DNA of 44,925 bases from Deltaproteobacteria bacterium (lineage in GTDB: Bacteria > JAEEML01): the NCBI GenBank assembly GCA_016283195.1, contig JAEEML010000097.1, positions 1-44,925 of the forward strand, in the 5' to 3' direction. Positions 17,812 through 27,728 of this stretch are shown one piece after another (position 1 is the stretch's first letter; every line of letters begins with the position of its first letter). The translations under genes and the position numbers were made by a program. Below the pieces are notes generated by a model. It searched no databases and was not told the origin of the DNA. It saw only the letters and a program-made list of their open reading frames with translations.

Positions 17812-19803
17812 TTAGTAGCAACCCAAAGGCATGTCGTGGACAAAGTTTTTACATGTTTTACCATCTATGCAATCGTCATTTGATTTGCATGGTGATGTTT
17901 TGCAAGTAGTACTAGAGGCACACATATAGTTACCACACGAACCAGTAGTGGTTTTTGTAGTGTTTCCGCAGCGATATGTATACTTTAGAGTTCCCTGGCC
18001 AACACAACTAGTGCTTGAAGGAGAACTGGCACAGCATATATTTTCAATGCAATTGCTGTGTAAACAATCAGCATTGGTTTGGCATAGACCGCCGTCCTCT
18101 CTGGGGGGGGTACACTCTTGCATTACACAAGTAGTGCCAGAAGCACAATCGCTATTAGACGCACAGTTGGTGCGGCACTGACCATCGGCGCATATATAAT
18201 TTCCACAGCTGACAGAAGAATAGCCGGAAGGTTGGCACGAATTGCTTTTGCAGATGTAAGGAAATGCGGTAGTAGAACTCTGACAGGTTCCATGTGAGGC
18301 ACAGTCATCTTTAACTTCGGTGCAAATGCCTTTTTTGCCCACAGTATTGCATGAGTGACTGATAAGGTATTTACCATCGCTGCTACAACTATTTTGTGTG
18401 TTGCACTCAGTATCACAGCAAATACCATCCACACAGTAGTTGGTGGCGCAATGGCTTGATTTATCACATGTTTCACCTTGAGGAATGAGCACAGCACAGG
18501 CATGATTAGCCGCGCAATAGGTATCGCTACTACATTGCTCATCGGAAGTACAAGGAGTACCGACAGCCTGATCTTCACATCTACTACTTGTAGAATTGCA
18601 ACTGTCACCAGTTTTGCAGTCGCTACTTTGGTGGCAACACTCACCACCTGGGCAACAGATGCTGGTGGCCGGGCCAGTGGTTGAAAGGTCACAGTGGCCA
18701 CTTAAACACATTAAATCATCGGTGCAGCCGTCTGCGCCATTGGCTTTACGCGGCAGACAGTCATTACCTTGTGGATAATAATCGCTTAGACAGTCGGCGC
18801 AATTTTGTTCCGGATCAAAGCCAACGGCACAGTCATCGCACTCATCACCATCAAAACCTTTGCTACATTCGCAGGTACCGTTATTATCTTGTCCATCTTG
18901 ACACTCGCCATGACCATTGCAGACTTTACCGTCATTTGTAGTGCCAGGACATGGGGCACAACTTTGGCCAAAATAACCTGGTTTGCAGGTACAGATAGAA
19001 CGTTCTGAAGTGCCTTCTTGACACATAAAGCCACTTGATATCTCACAATTATTGCAGCCATCATTGGCATTATCGTTGCCGTCATCGCAGCCCTCAATTG
19101 GCAATTTGATGCCATCGCCGCAGATTGGGGTACAATTTGATTTTTCGTCTTTATTACCTTGGCATTCAAAGCCCCTTTCGATAGTACACGTGCTGGAGCA
19201 GCCGTCGCTATCGCTATTGTTGTCATCGTCACAGGCTTCACCATCCTCGCGGACGCCGTTGCCACATTTGGCTATACAGATTGATTTTCCATTATTATCT
19301 TCTTTACAACTAAACCCGGCTTCTATGTGGCAGGTGGCATCACAACCGTCTTCATTGTTTCTATCGCCGTCATCGCAGGCTTCATCGTCCTCGCGGATGC
19401 CGTTGCCGCATTTGGCTATACAGATTGATTTTCCATTATTATCTTCTTTACAGCTAAACCCGGCTTCTATGTGGCAGGTGGCATCACAACCATTTTTATT
19501 GTTGTTATCGCCATCATCGCAAGCTTCATCGGCTTCGCGGACGCCGTTGCCGCATGAAGTGCTCTTGCCCTGCAGGCAGAATCCATCCTCACAATGTTGT
19601 TCCAGCATATTGCAATCGCTGTGTCTTTGGCATAGTTTGCTACAGATATTTTTTTTGCAAAAAAGCCCTTCTTTGCAATCCTTGTTTTGTGTACAACTGC
19701 CCCCCTCAGAGCTGGGGTCATTACTGTCTTCTGGCACAGGAGAAGTACAACTCATGATAAAGAGCAAAGAAAAAGTAAAGAAACTTCGTGCAGCCTTTTT
19801 CAT
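17812..19803 (-). CDS. Cys-rich lipoprotein with Myxococcus cysteine-rich (DUF4215-like) and EGF-like repeats
   Basis: Signal ending IMSC; four CG(N/D)G....E.CDD.N....GC...C..E.GF.C repeats; CNGHG.C..G....G.C.C EGF-like motif; GGAGG RBS before ATG 19803. Confidence 0.85.
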   Translation of the reverse strand: MKKAARSFFTFSLLFIMSCTSPVPEDSNDPSSEGGSCTQNKDCKEGLFCKKNICSKLCQRHSDCNMLEQHCEDGFCLQGKSTSCGNGVREADEACDDGDNNNKNGCDATCHIEAGFSCKEDNNGKSICIAKCGNGIREDDEACDDGDRNNEDGCDATCHIEAGFSCKEDNNGKSICIAKCGNGVREDGEACDDDNNSDSDGCSSTCTIERGFECQGNKDEKSNCTPICGDGIKLPIEGCDDGNDNANDGCNNCEISSGFMCQEGTSERSICTCKPGYFGQSCAPCPGTTNDGKVCNGHGECQDGQDNNGTCECSKGFDGDECDDCAVGFDPEQNCADCLSDYYPQGNDCLPRKANGADGCTDDLMCLSGHCDLSTTGPATSICCPGGECCHQSSDCKTGDSCNSTSSRCEDQAVGTPCTSDEQCSSDTYCAANHACAVLIPQGETCDKSSHCATNYCVDGICCDTECNTQNSCSSDGKYLISHSCNTVGKKGICTEVKDDCASHGTCQSSTTAFPYICKSNSCQPSGYSSVSCGNYICADGQCRTNCASNSDCASGTTCVMQECTPPREDGGLCQTNADCLHSNCIENICCASSPSSTSCVGQGTLKYTYRCGNTTKTTTGSCGNYMCASSTTCKTSPCKSNDDCIDGKTCKNFVHDMPLGCY
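19255..19491. repeat. Near-identical intragenic direct repeat, 144-bp period
   Basis: 19255-19347 versus 19399-19491 differ at 2 of 93 positions. Confidence 0.9.
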
Positions 19804-19910
19804 AATAACCTCCCAAAAGTGTTTTACCCGCTTGGTGTTATGCCAGCGAGTCAGCAAATTTAATCTTTAAATTATTCTTAGCGAACGTCAATTGAAAATT
19901 TAATAACTAA

Positions 19911-21380
19911 TTAGCAGCCATAGCCGTAGCAGCAGCCTTTGCCCACCACGCAAGTTAGAGGAGAGTGGCACTGCTCATTATCTGTTTTTCTGTAACAGCC
20001 TTTGCCTGATTCGTTACAATATTCATGAACAGGAGTGTTATTGTTGCAAGCCGGGACATGAGCGCAGTCGGTATCGCAGCAAATACTGCCACTGGCCGTG
20101 CCGCTCATTTTGCAATAACCATCAATACATTCGCTGCCATAAGTGCAGCTTTCGCCGCCTAGTTTTAGGCAAGTGCCTTGGCCGTCACATTTTCGGCCGT
20201 TATTGCAGGAATCGCTATCTTCCTGCCCACCGGCTACCAAAGAGCAAACTCCGCTGCCGTTTAAATTGCAGGCCATACAGGTTCCGCAAGCGGCACTTTC
20301 GCAACATACGGCATCAACGCAATGGCCGGTAATGCACTCAATACCATCGGAGCAGCTTTTGCCCTGAGCGGTTTTGCATGAACCATGGCCATCGCAGGCT
20401 TCGTTTATGTGATTACAGGTGTCTGCATCTTTTTCTCCAGCGGGGAGCAGCTGGCAAGTACCTAAATTTTCCGGCAGATTGCAGGCCATACAGGTGCTGG
20501 AGCAGGCACTATCGCAGCAAACGCCGTCCACGCAGTAGCCGGAGGCACATTCCGCCGCGTTTTCACAGGTAAGGCCGGGATTTTTAAGGCAGATGCCGCT
20601 TTTACAGGTGCCGTTTAAAAGGCTTTTGTCTTCGCCGGTAGCGCAGGTGGAGCCGTCATCAATATTGCGTGCCGAGCAGGGCGGGTCGGCCGCAGAATCA
20701 GGGTCGCATTTAAAAATATGGCAGGAGTTTTCCTCTTGATTGCAAGTGACATTTTCGCAAAAACCGGCGCAGCGCAGGGCACAACTTGGGCATTCGTCAT
20801 CGTCATAACCATAGTGGCACTCGCCGCTATTAGCTTCGCAAGTGCCGATAGGATCATAATTGCGATAGATACTGTTATTTTCTACGCATTCACTACTTGG
20901 CGGAGTGTTGCAGATTTTAGGCGTGCCCCGGCAAGTGCCGTCTTGGCATAAGTCGTTTAAAGTACAGGGATTTTGATCGTTGCAGCGCCTGGTATCTTCA
21001 CTGTCGCTGTTAAGAACTGCCGGGTAATGGCAACGGCCGGCCAGGCAAATGCCGGTGCCGCTCTTTTCTAATTTTTCGCAGGAACCCGGGGTGGTGCAAT
21101 CGCTATTATCCGAGCACTCGGGATTTTTTACCAAAAGGCAAACATCATTGCGACATTCATGGTCTGGAGAGCAATCTGTGTCACTAGAGCATATTGGGCG
21201 GCAAAAGTATTCATAGCAGGAAAAACCGCCGGGGCATTTTTGTGTAGCGCTGCAATCTGAGCCGTCAATTGCGGTATCGTTATTCTGGCTCCCGTTATCA
21301 TCGCCGTTACTATGGTTACACGAGGCTGTATAGAAAAATACCGCGCCGAGAATAAAACGATAAAGGAGAACTCTTTTCAT
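19911..21380 (-). CDS. Cys-rich lipoprotein
   Basis: Signal ending YTASC; repeats C....EC.SG.CVDGVCC.SAC...CMACN; CND.NPCT.ND.C..G.C.G. Confidence 0.82.
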   Translation of the reverse strand: MKRVLLYRFILGAVFFYTASCNHSNGDDNGSQNNDTAIDGSDCSATQKCPGGFSCYEYFCRPICSSDTDCSPDHECRNDVCLLVKNPECSDNSDCTTPGSCEKLEKSGTGICLAGRCHYPAVLNSDSEDTRRCNDQNPCTLNDLCQDGTCRGTPKICNTPPSSECVENNSIYRNYDPIGTCEANSGECHYGYDDDECPSCALRCAGFCENVTCNQEENSCHIFKCDPDSAADPPCSARNIDDGSTCATGEDKSLLNGTCKSGICLKNPGLTCENAAECASGYCVDGVCCDSACSSTCMACNLPENLGTCQLLPAGEKDADTCNHINEACDGHGSCKTAQGKSCSDGIECITGHCVDAVCCESAACGTCMACNLNGSGVCSLVAGGQEDSDSCNNGRKCDGQGTCLKLGGESCTYGSECIDGYCKMSGTASGSICCDTDCAHVPACNNNTPVHEYCNESGKGCYRKTDNEQCHSPLTCVVGKGCCYGYGC

Positions 21381-21550
21381 AATAATGCTCCCCGCTGCTT
21401 AGCAAACCTGCCAAATAATGATGAGCCGGCAGGCACTAAATACTTTATAGCAACTTGCTTTTAATGTCACTCTAGGAAGTTTGCGGGGCTTAAGGCGGGC
21501 GCGGTGTGGAGAAGGCAATATTTCTTTTAATTATTTCTTTTAATCATCTC

Positions 21551-21579
21551 TTGAACAATCAAAATAATTGGGCCATTAT
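21551..21579 (+). promoter_or_regulatory. Putative sigma70 promoter
   Basis: TTGAAC-N17-CATTAT about 50 nt upstream of ATG 21631. Confidence 0.45.
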
Positions 21580-21630
21580 AGCGCCGGTTAAAAAGAGCGG
21601 GTGCGGTAACTCGCTTGAAAGGATAACAAT

Positions 21631-23472
21631 ATGATAAAAGTTCGCTTTATGGACACGACATTTCGCGATGGTTTTCAATCGGTTTTCGGCTCCAGAGTCT
21701 TTTATAAAGACTTCATGCCCGCCGTGGCCGCTGCTCGCGAAGCCGGTATTGACTATTTTGAATTTGGCGGCGGGGCGCGTTACCAGTCGCTTTTCTTTTA
21801 TTTAAATGAATCGGCTTACGATATGATGGACCTCTTCCGCAAGACAGCGGGGCCCGATGCCAATTTGCAAACTCTTTCGCGCGGTATCAACGTGGTGGCC
21901 TTAAAGCAGTGCCCGCGCGATATTATCGACCTCCACGCCAAGCTCTTTAAAAAGCACGGCGCCACTACTATCCGCAATTTCGATGCTTTAAACGATGTAA
22001 ATAACCTCATCTATTCCGGCGAGTGCATCAATAAGCACGGCCTAAAGCACCAAATCACCATCACCATGATGGATTTACCCCCCAAATGCGAAGGGGCCCA
22101 CACCGCCGAGTTCTATATCAGCCGCTTAAAAGAGATTATTAAGAGCGGTATTCATTTTGATTCTTTAGCTTTTAAAGATGCTTCCGGCACCTCTAACCCG
22201 GCCAAAGTTTTTGAGACTATGAAAGAGGCCCGTAAGCTTCTTGGCGATGATGTGCCGATTCACTTCCACACCCATGACACCGCCGGCCTCGCCATTGCCG
22301 CTTGTCTCGCTGCTATTGAAGGCGGCGCCACCAAGGATGGCAACTTCTGCGTGGATTTGGCCCAGAGCCCCATCTCGCACGGCACCTGCCAGCCCGATAT
22401 CATCACCATGGCCCATGCTTTAAAGGGCAAAAATTACACTCTCGATGTGGATATTATGAAGATTTTAAAATCCGAAGATGTCCTTAATGAGTGCTTAAAA
22501 GATTACTTTATGCCGCCGGAGGCCCGCCAGGTTACCCCCAGCGTCACCCTCTCGCCGCTCCCCGGCGGGGCTTTAACCTCCAATACCATGATGATGCGCG
22601 ATCAAGGCATTATGGACAAATATCCCGAAGTCATCAAAGCCATGAGCGAAGTGGTGGCTAAGGGCGGCTTTGGCACCTCGGTTACTCCCGTTTCCCAGTT
22701 CTATTGGCAACAGGCTTTTGCCAATGCCATTCAGGGTCCCTGGAAAAAGATCACCGACGGCTATGGCAACATGGTTCTTGGCTACTTTGGTAAAACCCCG
22801 GTTGCCCCCGACCCCAAAGTGGTGGAGCTCGCCAAAGAGCAGCTGGGTAAGCCGGTTTATACCGGCAATCCCTTGGATGAGCTGGAGCCTGGTATTCCCG
22901 CCGCTACCAAGATACTTAAAGAGAACAATATCGAAGTTACCGAAGAAAATATTTTCTGTGTAGCTATATGCGGCGAAAAGGGTCTGCCCTTCCTTAAAGG
23001 CGAAGGCAAAGTCAACGGCGTGCGCAAAAATGAGAAAAAAGAGGCGGCTCCGGCGGCCGCCGCTCCTGCCGCTGCCCCTGCCGGCCGTGGGCCCAGAAAT
23101 TACAATGTCACCGTGGACGGCGTTACTTACCAGGTTACTCTGGAAGAGGGCGGCGCCGGTTCTGCGCCCCGGGCTGTAGCTGCTCCGGCGGCGCCTAGAG
23201 CCATTGCTGCTCCGGCTGCTCCGGCGGCGGCCGCTCCCGCTACTGCTCCTGTTGCCGGCGGCCAACAAATTACCGCTCCTATGCCGGGCACAATTTTGAA
23301 AATCTGTGTCTCTAATGGCCAAGCCGTTAAACGCGGCGACGATCTCGTCATCATCGAAGCTATGAAGATGGAAACCCCCATCAAAGCACCGGCTGACGGC
23401 ACTGTGGCCCAAATCAATGCTTCCCAAGGGCAAAATGTGGCCAGCGGGCAACTTTTGGTGGTTTTAAGCTGA
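21631..23472 (+). CDS. pycB: Pyruvate/oxaloacetate carboxyltransferase with biotinyl domain (PycB/OadA type)
   Basis: DTTFRDGFQS, FKDASG, HFHTHDT, TSVTPVSQ, Ala/Pro linker, EAMKME biotin site. Confidence 0.85.
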   Translation: MIKVRFMDTTFRDGFQSVFGSRVFYKDFMPAVAAAREAGIDYFEFGGGARYQSLFFYLNESAYDMMDLFRKTAGPDANLQTLSRGINVVALKQCPRDIIDLHAKLFKKHGATTIRNFDALNDVNNLIYSGECINKHGLKHQITITMMDLPPKCEGAHTAEFYISRLKEIIKSGIHFDSLAFKDASGTSNPAKVFETMKEARKLLGDDVPIHFHTHDTAGLAIAACLAAIEGGATKDGNFCVDLAQSPISHGTCQPDIITMAHALKGKNYTLDVDIMKILKSEDVLNECLKDYFMPPEARQVTPSVTLSPLPGGALTSNTMMMRDQGIMDKYPEVIKAMSEVVAKGGFGTSVTPVSQFYWQQAFANAIQGPWKKITDGYGNMVLGYFGKTPVAPDPKVVELAKEQLGKPVYTGNPLDELEPGIPAATKILKENNIEVTEENIFCVAICGEKGLPFLKGEGKVNGVRKNEKKEAAPAAAAPAAAPAGRGPRNYNVTVDGVTYQVTLEEGGAGSAPRAVAAPAAPRAIAAPAAPAAAAPATAPVAGGQQITAPMPGTILKICVSNGQAVKRGDDLVIIEAMKMETPIKAPADGTVAQINASQGQNVASGQLLVVLS

Positions 23473-23631
23473 GCTTACTCCCGCATTACTAAGAACCTGT
23501 TTTCGCCGCTTATTCCCAAATGAAAAATTAACCACTTGTTTTTTTAGATAAAATAAGTTTTGGGCTCCAATAAGCGAGGCTGCCGCCCTGCCGCCCTGTC
23601 GTGGATTGGTAACTATTTGTGAAACGCATGT

Positions 23632-23790
23632 AAATTCAAATAGATGAGCCCTCTCTATTTGTAAAAATGGAGAGGGTGAGCTGCCAAATTTCCACGACTT
23701 GTGGGGTGAGGGCGCCGCAGGCAGAGAGCGATTTTCATAAAAATCCAATGAGTTAGGAGGAGGGGCCCGCGCAGTGCTCTAGCTATATCT
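23632..23790. repeat. Intergenic REP/MITE-like element, copy A
   Basis: Hairpin GCCCTCTCTATTT-GTAA-AAATGGAGAGGGT, then GGGGTGAGGG, then a 28-mer (23728-23755) shared with 39177-39204. Confidence 0.55.
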
Positions 23791-23860
23791 GGCCTAAAAA
23801 TTTAGGTGTCCTGCCCACGAAAACGGGAGAAGAGATTCCCAAAAAGTGTAAATTAAGAGT

Positions 23861-24819
23861 TTATATCTGGCTATTGGCTTTTTCGATATCACTCAGCTTT
23901 ACTGCCGGGTGGCGATAGCGGGCCCGAGGATTCTTTTCCCCTTTGGTGAGAATGATGGCCTTATGCGGGCAGGCATGGGCGCAGGCCAGGCAGAGTTCAC
24001 ATTCGCCTTGTGGCTCTGCCTTTAGCTCGCTATAGCGGTAATTATTTCTTGGGCAAACGCGGCTACAAATGCCGCAAGTTATGCAGTTATCAGTTACTGT
24101 AAACCATTCTTCCGCTCTGGCTTTTACGCCCGTGGCCGTAAATGGCGTGCCCGGGCGCTTTAACAGCTTTTCATGGTGTTCTCGCTCGGCTGTGCTTACC
24201 GCTTCTATCTCTTGTCGTCTGCCATTTATAGCCGCTTTTATGCGCGCCAGATTTTCGTCAAAATGTTTATTTATTTGTTTTTGCTCATCCATGTCAAAGG
24301 CCGGTAGCCAGTTGTCCACCATGAGCAATGTGGCGATATAATTAAAAGAATGGCCGCTTTCTTTACCGATTTGAGCGCAAATTTCGGCGGCGCTGCCTTT
24401 ACCGGCGCCGTAGGTCAAAACAGCAAAGAGGTAATTACATTTAAGCTGCGCTTTTTTTAAAAAAGAGCGCACCATATTGGGCGGCATGTGGGCGTAAATG
24501 GGATAGACAATGCCTATTTCTTCCGCTTCATAGCTGAGCTCGCCCTTTTTTAAGGCCTTAGGAATACTGATGATATCGCCTGAGAGCTCGCGGGCCACAT
24601 AGAGGCTGTTGCCGGTGCCGGTAAAAAAGAAGATTAGGCGCCTTGGTTTGACCTTTGCCTGCTCACCAGCCTGGGGAAAAGTCTGGCTTTTGGGGCCCTC
24701 TTTTCCGCTTTTAGCCTCTTGTTGACAGGCCGTCAAAGAGGTAAGCCCGCCCAGCATGGCGCGCCTATGGTGGTGCCCATGATTTTTAAGGCTTCTCTTC
24801 TGTTTAATTCTTTAGCCAT
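23861..24819 (-). pseudogene. EFR1-type flavodoxin + 4Fe-4S ferredoxin; Tat-lipoprotein signal frameshifted (intact body 23861-24757)
   Basis: FFTGTGNS flavodoxin motif, CITCGICSRVCP and CELCLACAHACP; ATG 24819 reads MAKELNRREALKIMGTTIG and is 1 nt out of frame with MLGGLTSLTAC. May be a sequencing error. Confidence 0.7.
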
Positions 24820-26215
24820 TTTGGTCTCTTTTCAGCATTTCTGCAAAGCGGTCTATTTTGCGCATTTCCTCAGGGATATTGATGCGCTGCGGGCAGTGCG
24901 GCGAACATTTGTTGCAAGCTATGCAATGGTCGGCCTGGCGCAGTTTAGGCACCTTGCGGTTGTAGCCGATTAAAAACTCCCGCCGCGCCTTTTTGTAAGC
25001 TGGGTCGCCTTTATCAGTAATATACCTTTCCTCATTTACGCATTTATTAAAATGGACAAATATAGCCGGAATATCAAGGCCATAGGGGCAAGGCATACAA
25101 TATTGACAGGTATTGCAGGGAATGGTGTCATAAGCGAGCATTATTTGAGCTACATCTTCCAAAAGGGTGAGCTCGGCCGGCGAGAGCGGCTTATGTGGCG
25201 AATAAGTGCCGAGATTCTCCCTTAAATGCTCTCTAAAAGTCATGCCGCTAAGTACAGTTAATATGCCGGGAAAATGGCCGGCATAGCGCATGGCCCAGGC
25301 AGCAGGGCTCATTTCCTGGTTAGCTGCTTTAAGCTTATTTAAAGCGCGGCGATTATCGAGCCTAGCTAGGCGCCCGCCCAGTAGCGGCTCCATAATAATG
25401 GCCGGGATATGGCGTTTTTCCAGCTCGCCATATAAATACTCGGCATTGGTGTTGCGGGTATTCACCTCTTTGGCGTGCTTCCAGTCCACATAATTTAACT
25501 GTATTTGCACAAAATCCCAATCAATATCCATACTTAAGGCATGGTCAAATACAGCAATATCGCCGTGGTAAGAAAAGCCCAAATTGCGAATGCGCCCGGC
25601 CTCACGCTCTTTAAATAAAAAGTCCAATATGCCGTTATCTATATAGCGGCTGTTAAAGACTTTCATGCCGTCTTCGCCCATGCCAATGCCGTGGAGCAGC
25701 ATATAATCGATTACGTCAACTCCAAGCTTTTTAAATGAATTTTCGTAAATTTTTATTGATTCCTCGCGGCTCCAGGTGCTCTCGGCAAAGTTGGAAAGCT
25801 TGGTGGCTACAAAATATTTGTCGCGCGGGTGTTTTTTTAGGGCAATACCCAGTGCCTCTTCCGAACGGCCCTTGCAATAAGCCGGCGAAGTATCAAAATA
25901 ATTAACGCCGTATTTTATGGCTTCATCTACCAGGGAATTGACCATTTCCTGATCTATTTCGCCGTCGGTCTCGCGGGCACTTTTGCTGTCTTTCGTCGGC
26001 AGGCGCATCATACCAAAGCCCAGAAGCGATATTTTATCGCCGTTTTTGGCGGTGCGGTAACTCATCTCACCGCTGGGCAAATCCATGGTGCCGCCGCGAG
26101 CGCTGGTTTTGGCCTCTTTTGAGCAGCCGCCTATCAGGGCTGTGCCGCCGGCAGCCAGAGCTGCTGCGCCGGCCATTTTTATAAAATCACGCCGATTATA
26201 ATTTTGTTCGCTCAT
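24812..26215 (-). CDS. Aldo/keto reductase with C-terminal 4Fe-4S domain and Tat-lipoprotein signal
   Basis: NRRDFIK...LIGGC; LLGFGMMRLP, YFDTSPAY, LGFSYHG, IMEPLLGG; CNTCQYCMPCP, CIACNKCSPHCPQ. Confidence 0.92.
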   Translation of the reverse strand: MSEQNYNRRDFIKMAGAAALAAGGTALIGGCSKEAKTSARGGTMDLPSGEMSYRTAKNGDKISLLGFGMMRLPTKDSKSARETDGEIDQEMVNSLVDEAIKYGVNYFDTSPAYCKGRSEEALGIALKKHPRDKYFVATKLSNFAESTWSREESIKIYENSFKKLGVDVIDYMLLHGIGMGEDGMKVFNSRYIDNGILDFLFKEREAGRIRNLGFSYHGDIAVFDHALSMDIDWDFVQIQLNYVDWKHAKEVNTRNTNAEYLYGELEKRHIPAIIMEPLLGGRLARLDNRRALNKLKAANQEMSPAAWAMRYAGHFPGILTVLSGMTFREHLRENLGTYSPHKPLSPAELTLLEDVAQIMLAYDTIPCNTCQYCMPCPYGLDIPAIFVHFNKCVNEERYITDKGDPAYKKARREFLIGYNRKVPKLRQADHCIACNKCSPHCPQRINIPEEMRKIDRFAEMLKRDQNG

Positions 26216-26222
26216 AATAAAC

Positions 26223-27728
26223 CTATATTTCCCGCTGCACTTCGTGGCCCACTACATGAATGGCGCTGAAAGGGCGCACCGGGCAGACATATTCGCAAGC
26301 CCCGCAGCCGATGCAGCGCTCGCTGTCAACAGCGGGCACTTTTACTTTTTGGCCGCTTGGGCCATCTATTTCTATCATTTCTATGGCTCCGTTTGGGCAG
26401 TGGCGGGCGCAGTTGCCGCAGCTTGTGCCCTCGGCTACTGGCAGGCAGAGGGCTTTTTCCCAAACGGCATGGCCAATTTGGATACTGGATTTTTCCGCCC
26501 GGCTAATTTGGGTAATGGCGCCTGCCGGGCAAACTTCGCCGCATTTAGTACATTCCGGGCGGCAATAGCCTTTATCAAAGCTCATTTCCGGCTGCATCAG
26601 CTGCTTTAAGGCGGATGAAGGGCGCAAAACGCCGTTGGGACAAGCGGCCACACAGAGCTGACAAGCGGTGCAGCGGCGGGAAAAATTGGCAAAACTTTTG
26701 GAACCAGCCGGTTTTAGGGAAAATTCGCCGCGATCCGGCGTCTTACGGGGCTTTAAAGGCGCAAGGCCGCCATCGGTGGTCTTATTATCGGCCCGCGCCC
26801 AAGTAGTGAATAAAAGAGCCGGGATAGCCAAAAGAAAGCTGCGTCTTTCCGGGGCGGCGGCCGCACCTTTTGCCCCTCTTGCCAAGCGGTATTTAATAGC
26901 TCCTTTGGGGCAATCGGCCAGGCAATTGAGGCAGGCTACGCAGCGGCTGGTATCAATAGTGTGGCGCTCTATATCAATAGCGGCCGCTTTGCAGCGCTTT
27001 TCGCATAAACGGCAGCTGACGCATTTTTCTTTATCTATAGCCGGTCTAAAGAGGGAAAAGCGGGAAATAAGGCTAAGAAAAGTGCCGACCGGGCAGACGG
27101 TATTGCAAAAGGTGCGGCCGCCGCGCCAAGCCAAAATGGCAATAATGATAAAAGTAAATAGCGCAATAATGAAAGTAGGGAGGCTTTTAAGCCAAATATC
27201 GGCCGGGTAAAAAGCATAAGAATCGGCACGCTCGGCTATATAAGCCAGGAGATTATTGGCCGAAAGATAAATAGGTGAGAGGAGATTCTGGGCTATGCGC
27301 CCATAAGCGCTATAAGGCGCTATGAGGGTCGCTACGGAATTAAGACCCAAAATGATAAGAAGGACAAAAATTGTAAATATTACATAACGTAGGAGCCCAA
27401 AATTTTGGGCTCTAACACCTGATTTATTGCCCTTAAACCGTGCCCCAAAATGCGCAATAATATCCTGCATAATGCCGAGCGGGCAGATTAAAGAGCAATA
27501 AAAGCGCCCAAATAGAAGTGTAATAAGCAGCACCGCCAGAATAACACCGATATTTAGAGCGAGAACTGCCGGTAAAAACTGAATTTTAGCTAAAAAGCCC
27601 AAGTAGCGGTGCAGTGTGCCGGTAAAATCCAAAAATAGGAGCGTTATCGCTATAAAGGTGGCAGCTGCCACAAGGCGGCGAATTTTAGGTAATAAGGCCA
27701 TTTTATTTTTCATATTAAATTGTCTCAC
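26223..27728 (-). CDS. Membrane polyferredoxin (NapH/MauN-like TM part + NapG/MauM-like 4Fe-4S part)
   Basis: GRFYCSLICPLG and GRTFCNTVCPVG motifs, several CxxCxxCxxxC(P), internal RRSFL; true start may be 27713 or 27701. Confidence 0.88.
   Translation of the reverse strand: MRQFNMKNKMALLPKIRRLVAAATFIAITLLFLDFTGTLHRYLGFLAKIQFLPAVLALNIGVILAVLLITLLFGRFYCSLICPLGIMQDIIAHFGARFKGNKSGVRAQNFGLLRYVIFTIFVLLIILGLNSVATLIAPYSAYGRIAQNLLSPIYLSANNLLAYIAERADSYAFYPADIWLKSLPTFIIALFTFIIIAILAWRGGRTFCNTVCPVGTFLSLISRFSLFRPAIDKEKCVSCRLCEKRCKAAAIDIERHTIDTSRCVACLNCLADCPKGAIKYRLARGAKGAAAAPERRSFLLAIPALLFTTWARADNKTTDGGLAPLKPRKTPDRGEFSLKPAGSKSFANFSRRCTACQLCVAACPNGVLRPSSALKQLMQPEMSFDKGYCRPECTKCGEVCPAGAITQISRAEKSSIQIGHAVWEKALCLPVAEGTSCGNCARHCPNGAIEMIEIDGPSGQKVKVPAVDSERCIGCGACEYVCPVRPFSAIHVVGHEVQREI

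Noticed and set aside
19255..19491. Direct repeats as a possible CRISPR array or DGR template/variable pair
   Set aside because: In-frame 144-bp coding repeat with no spacers, cas genes or reverse transcriptase
19052..19870. 272-aa plus-strand ORF with repeats, and similar antisense ORFs (22573-23451, 30473-31105, 42744-43454)
   Set aside because: Shadow frames of real genes on the opposite strand
23488..23503. TAAGAACCTGTTT resembling an IS-type terminal inverted repeat
   Set aside because: No matching partner end or transposase found
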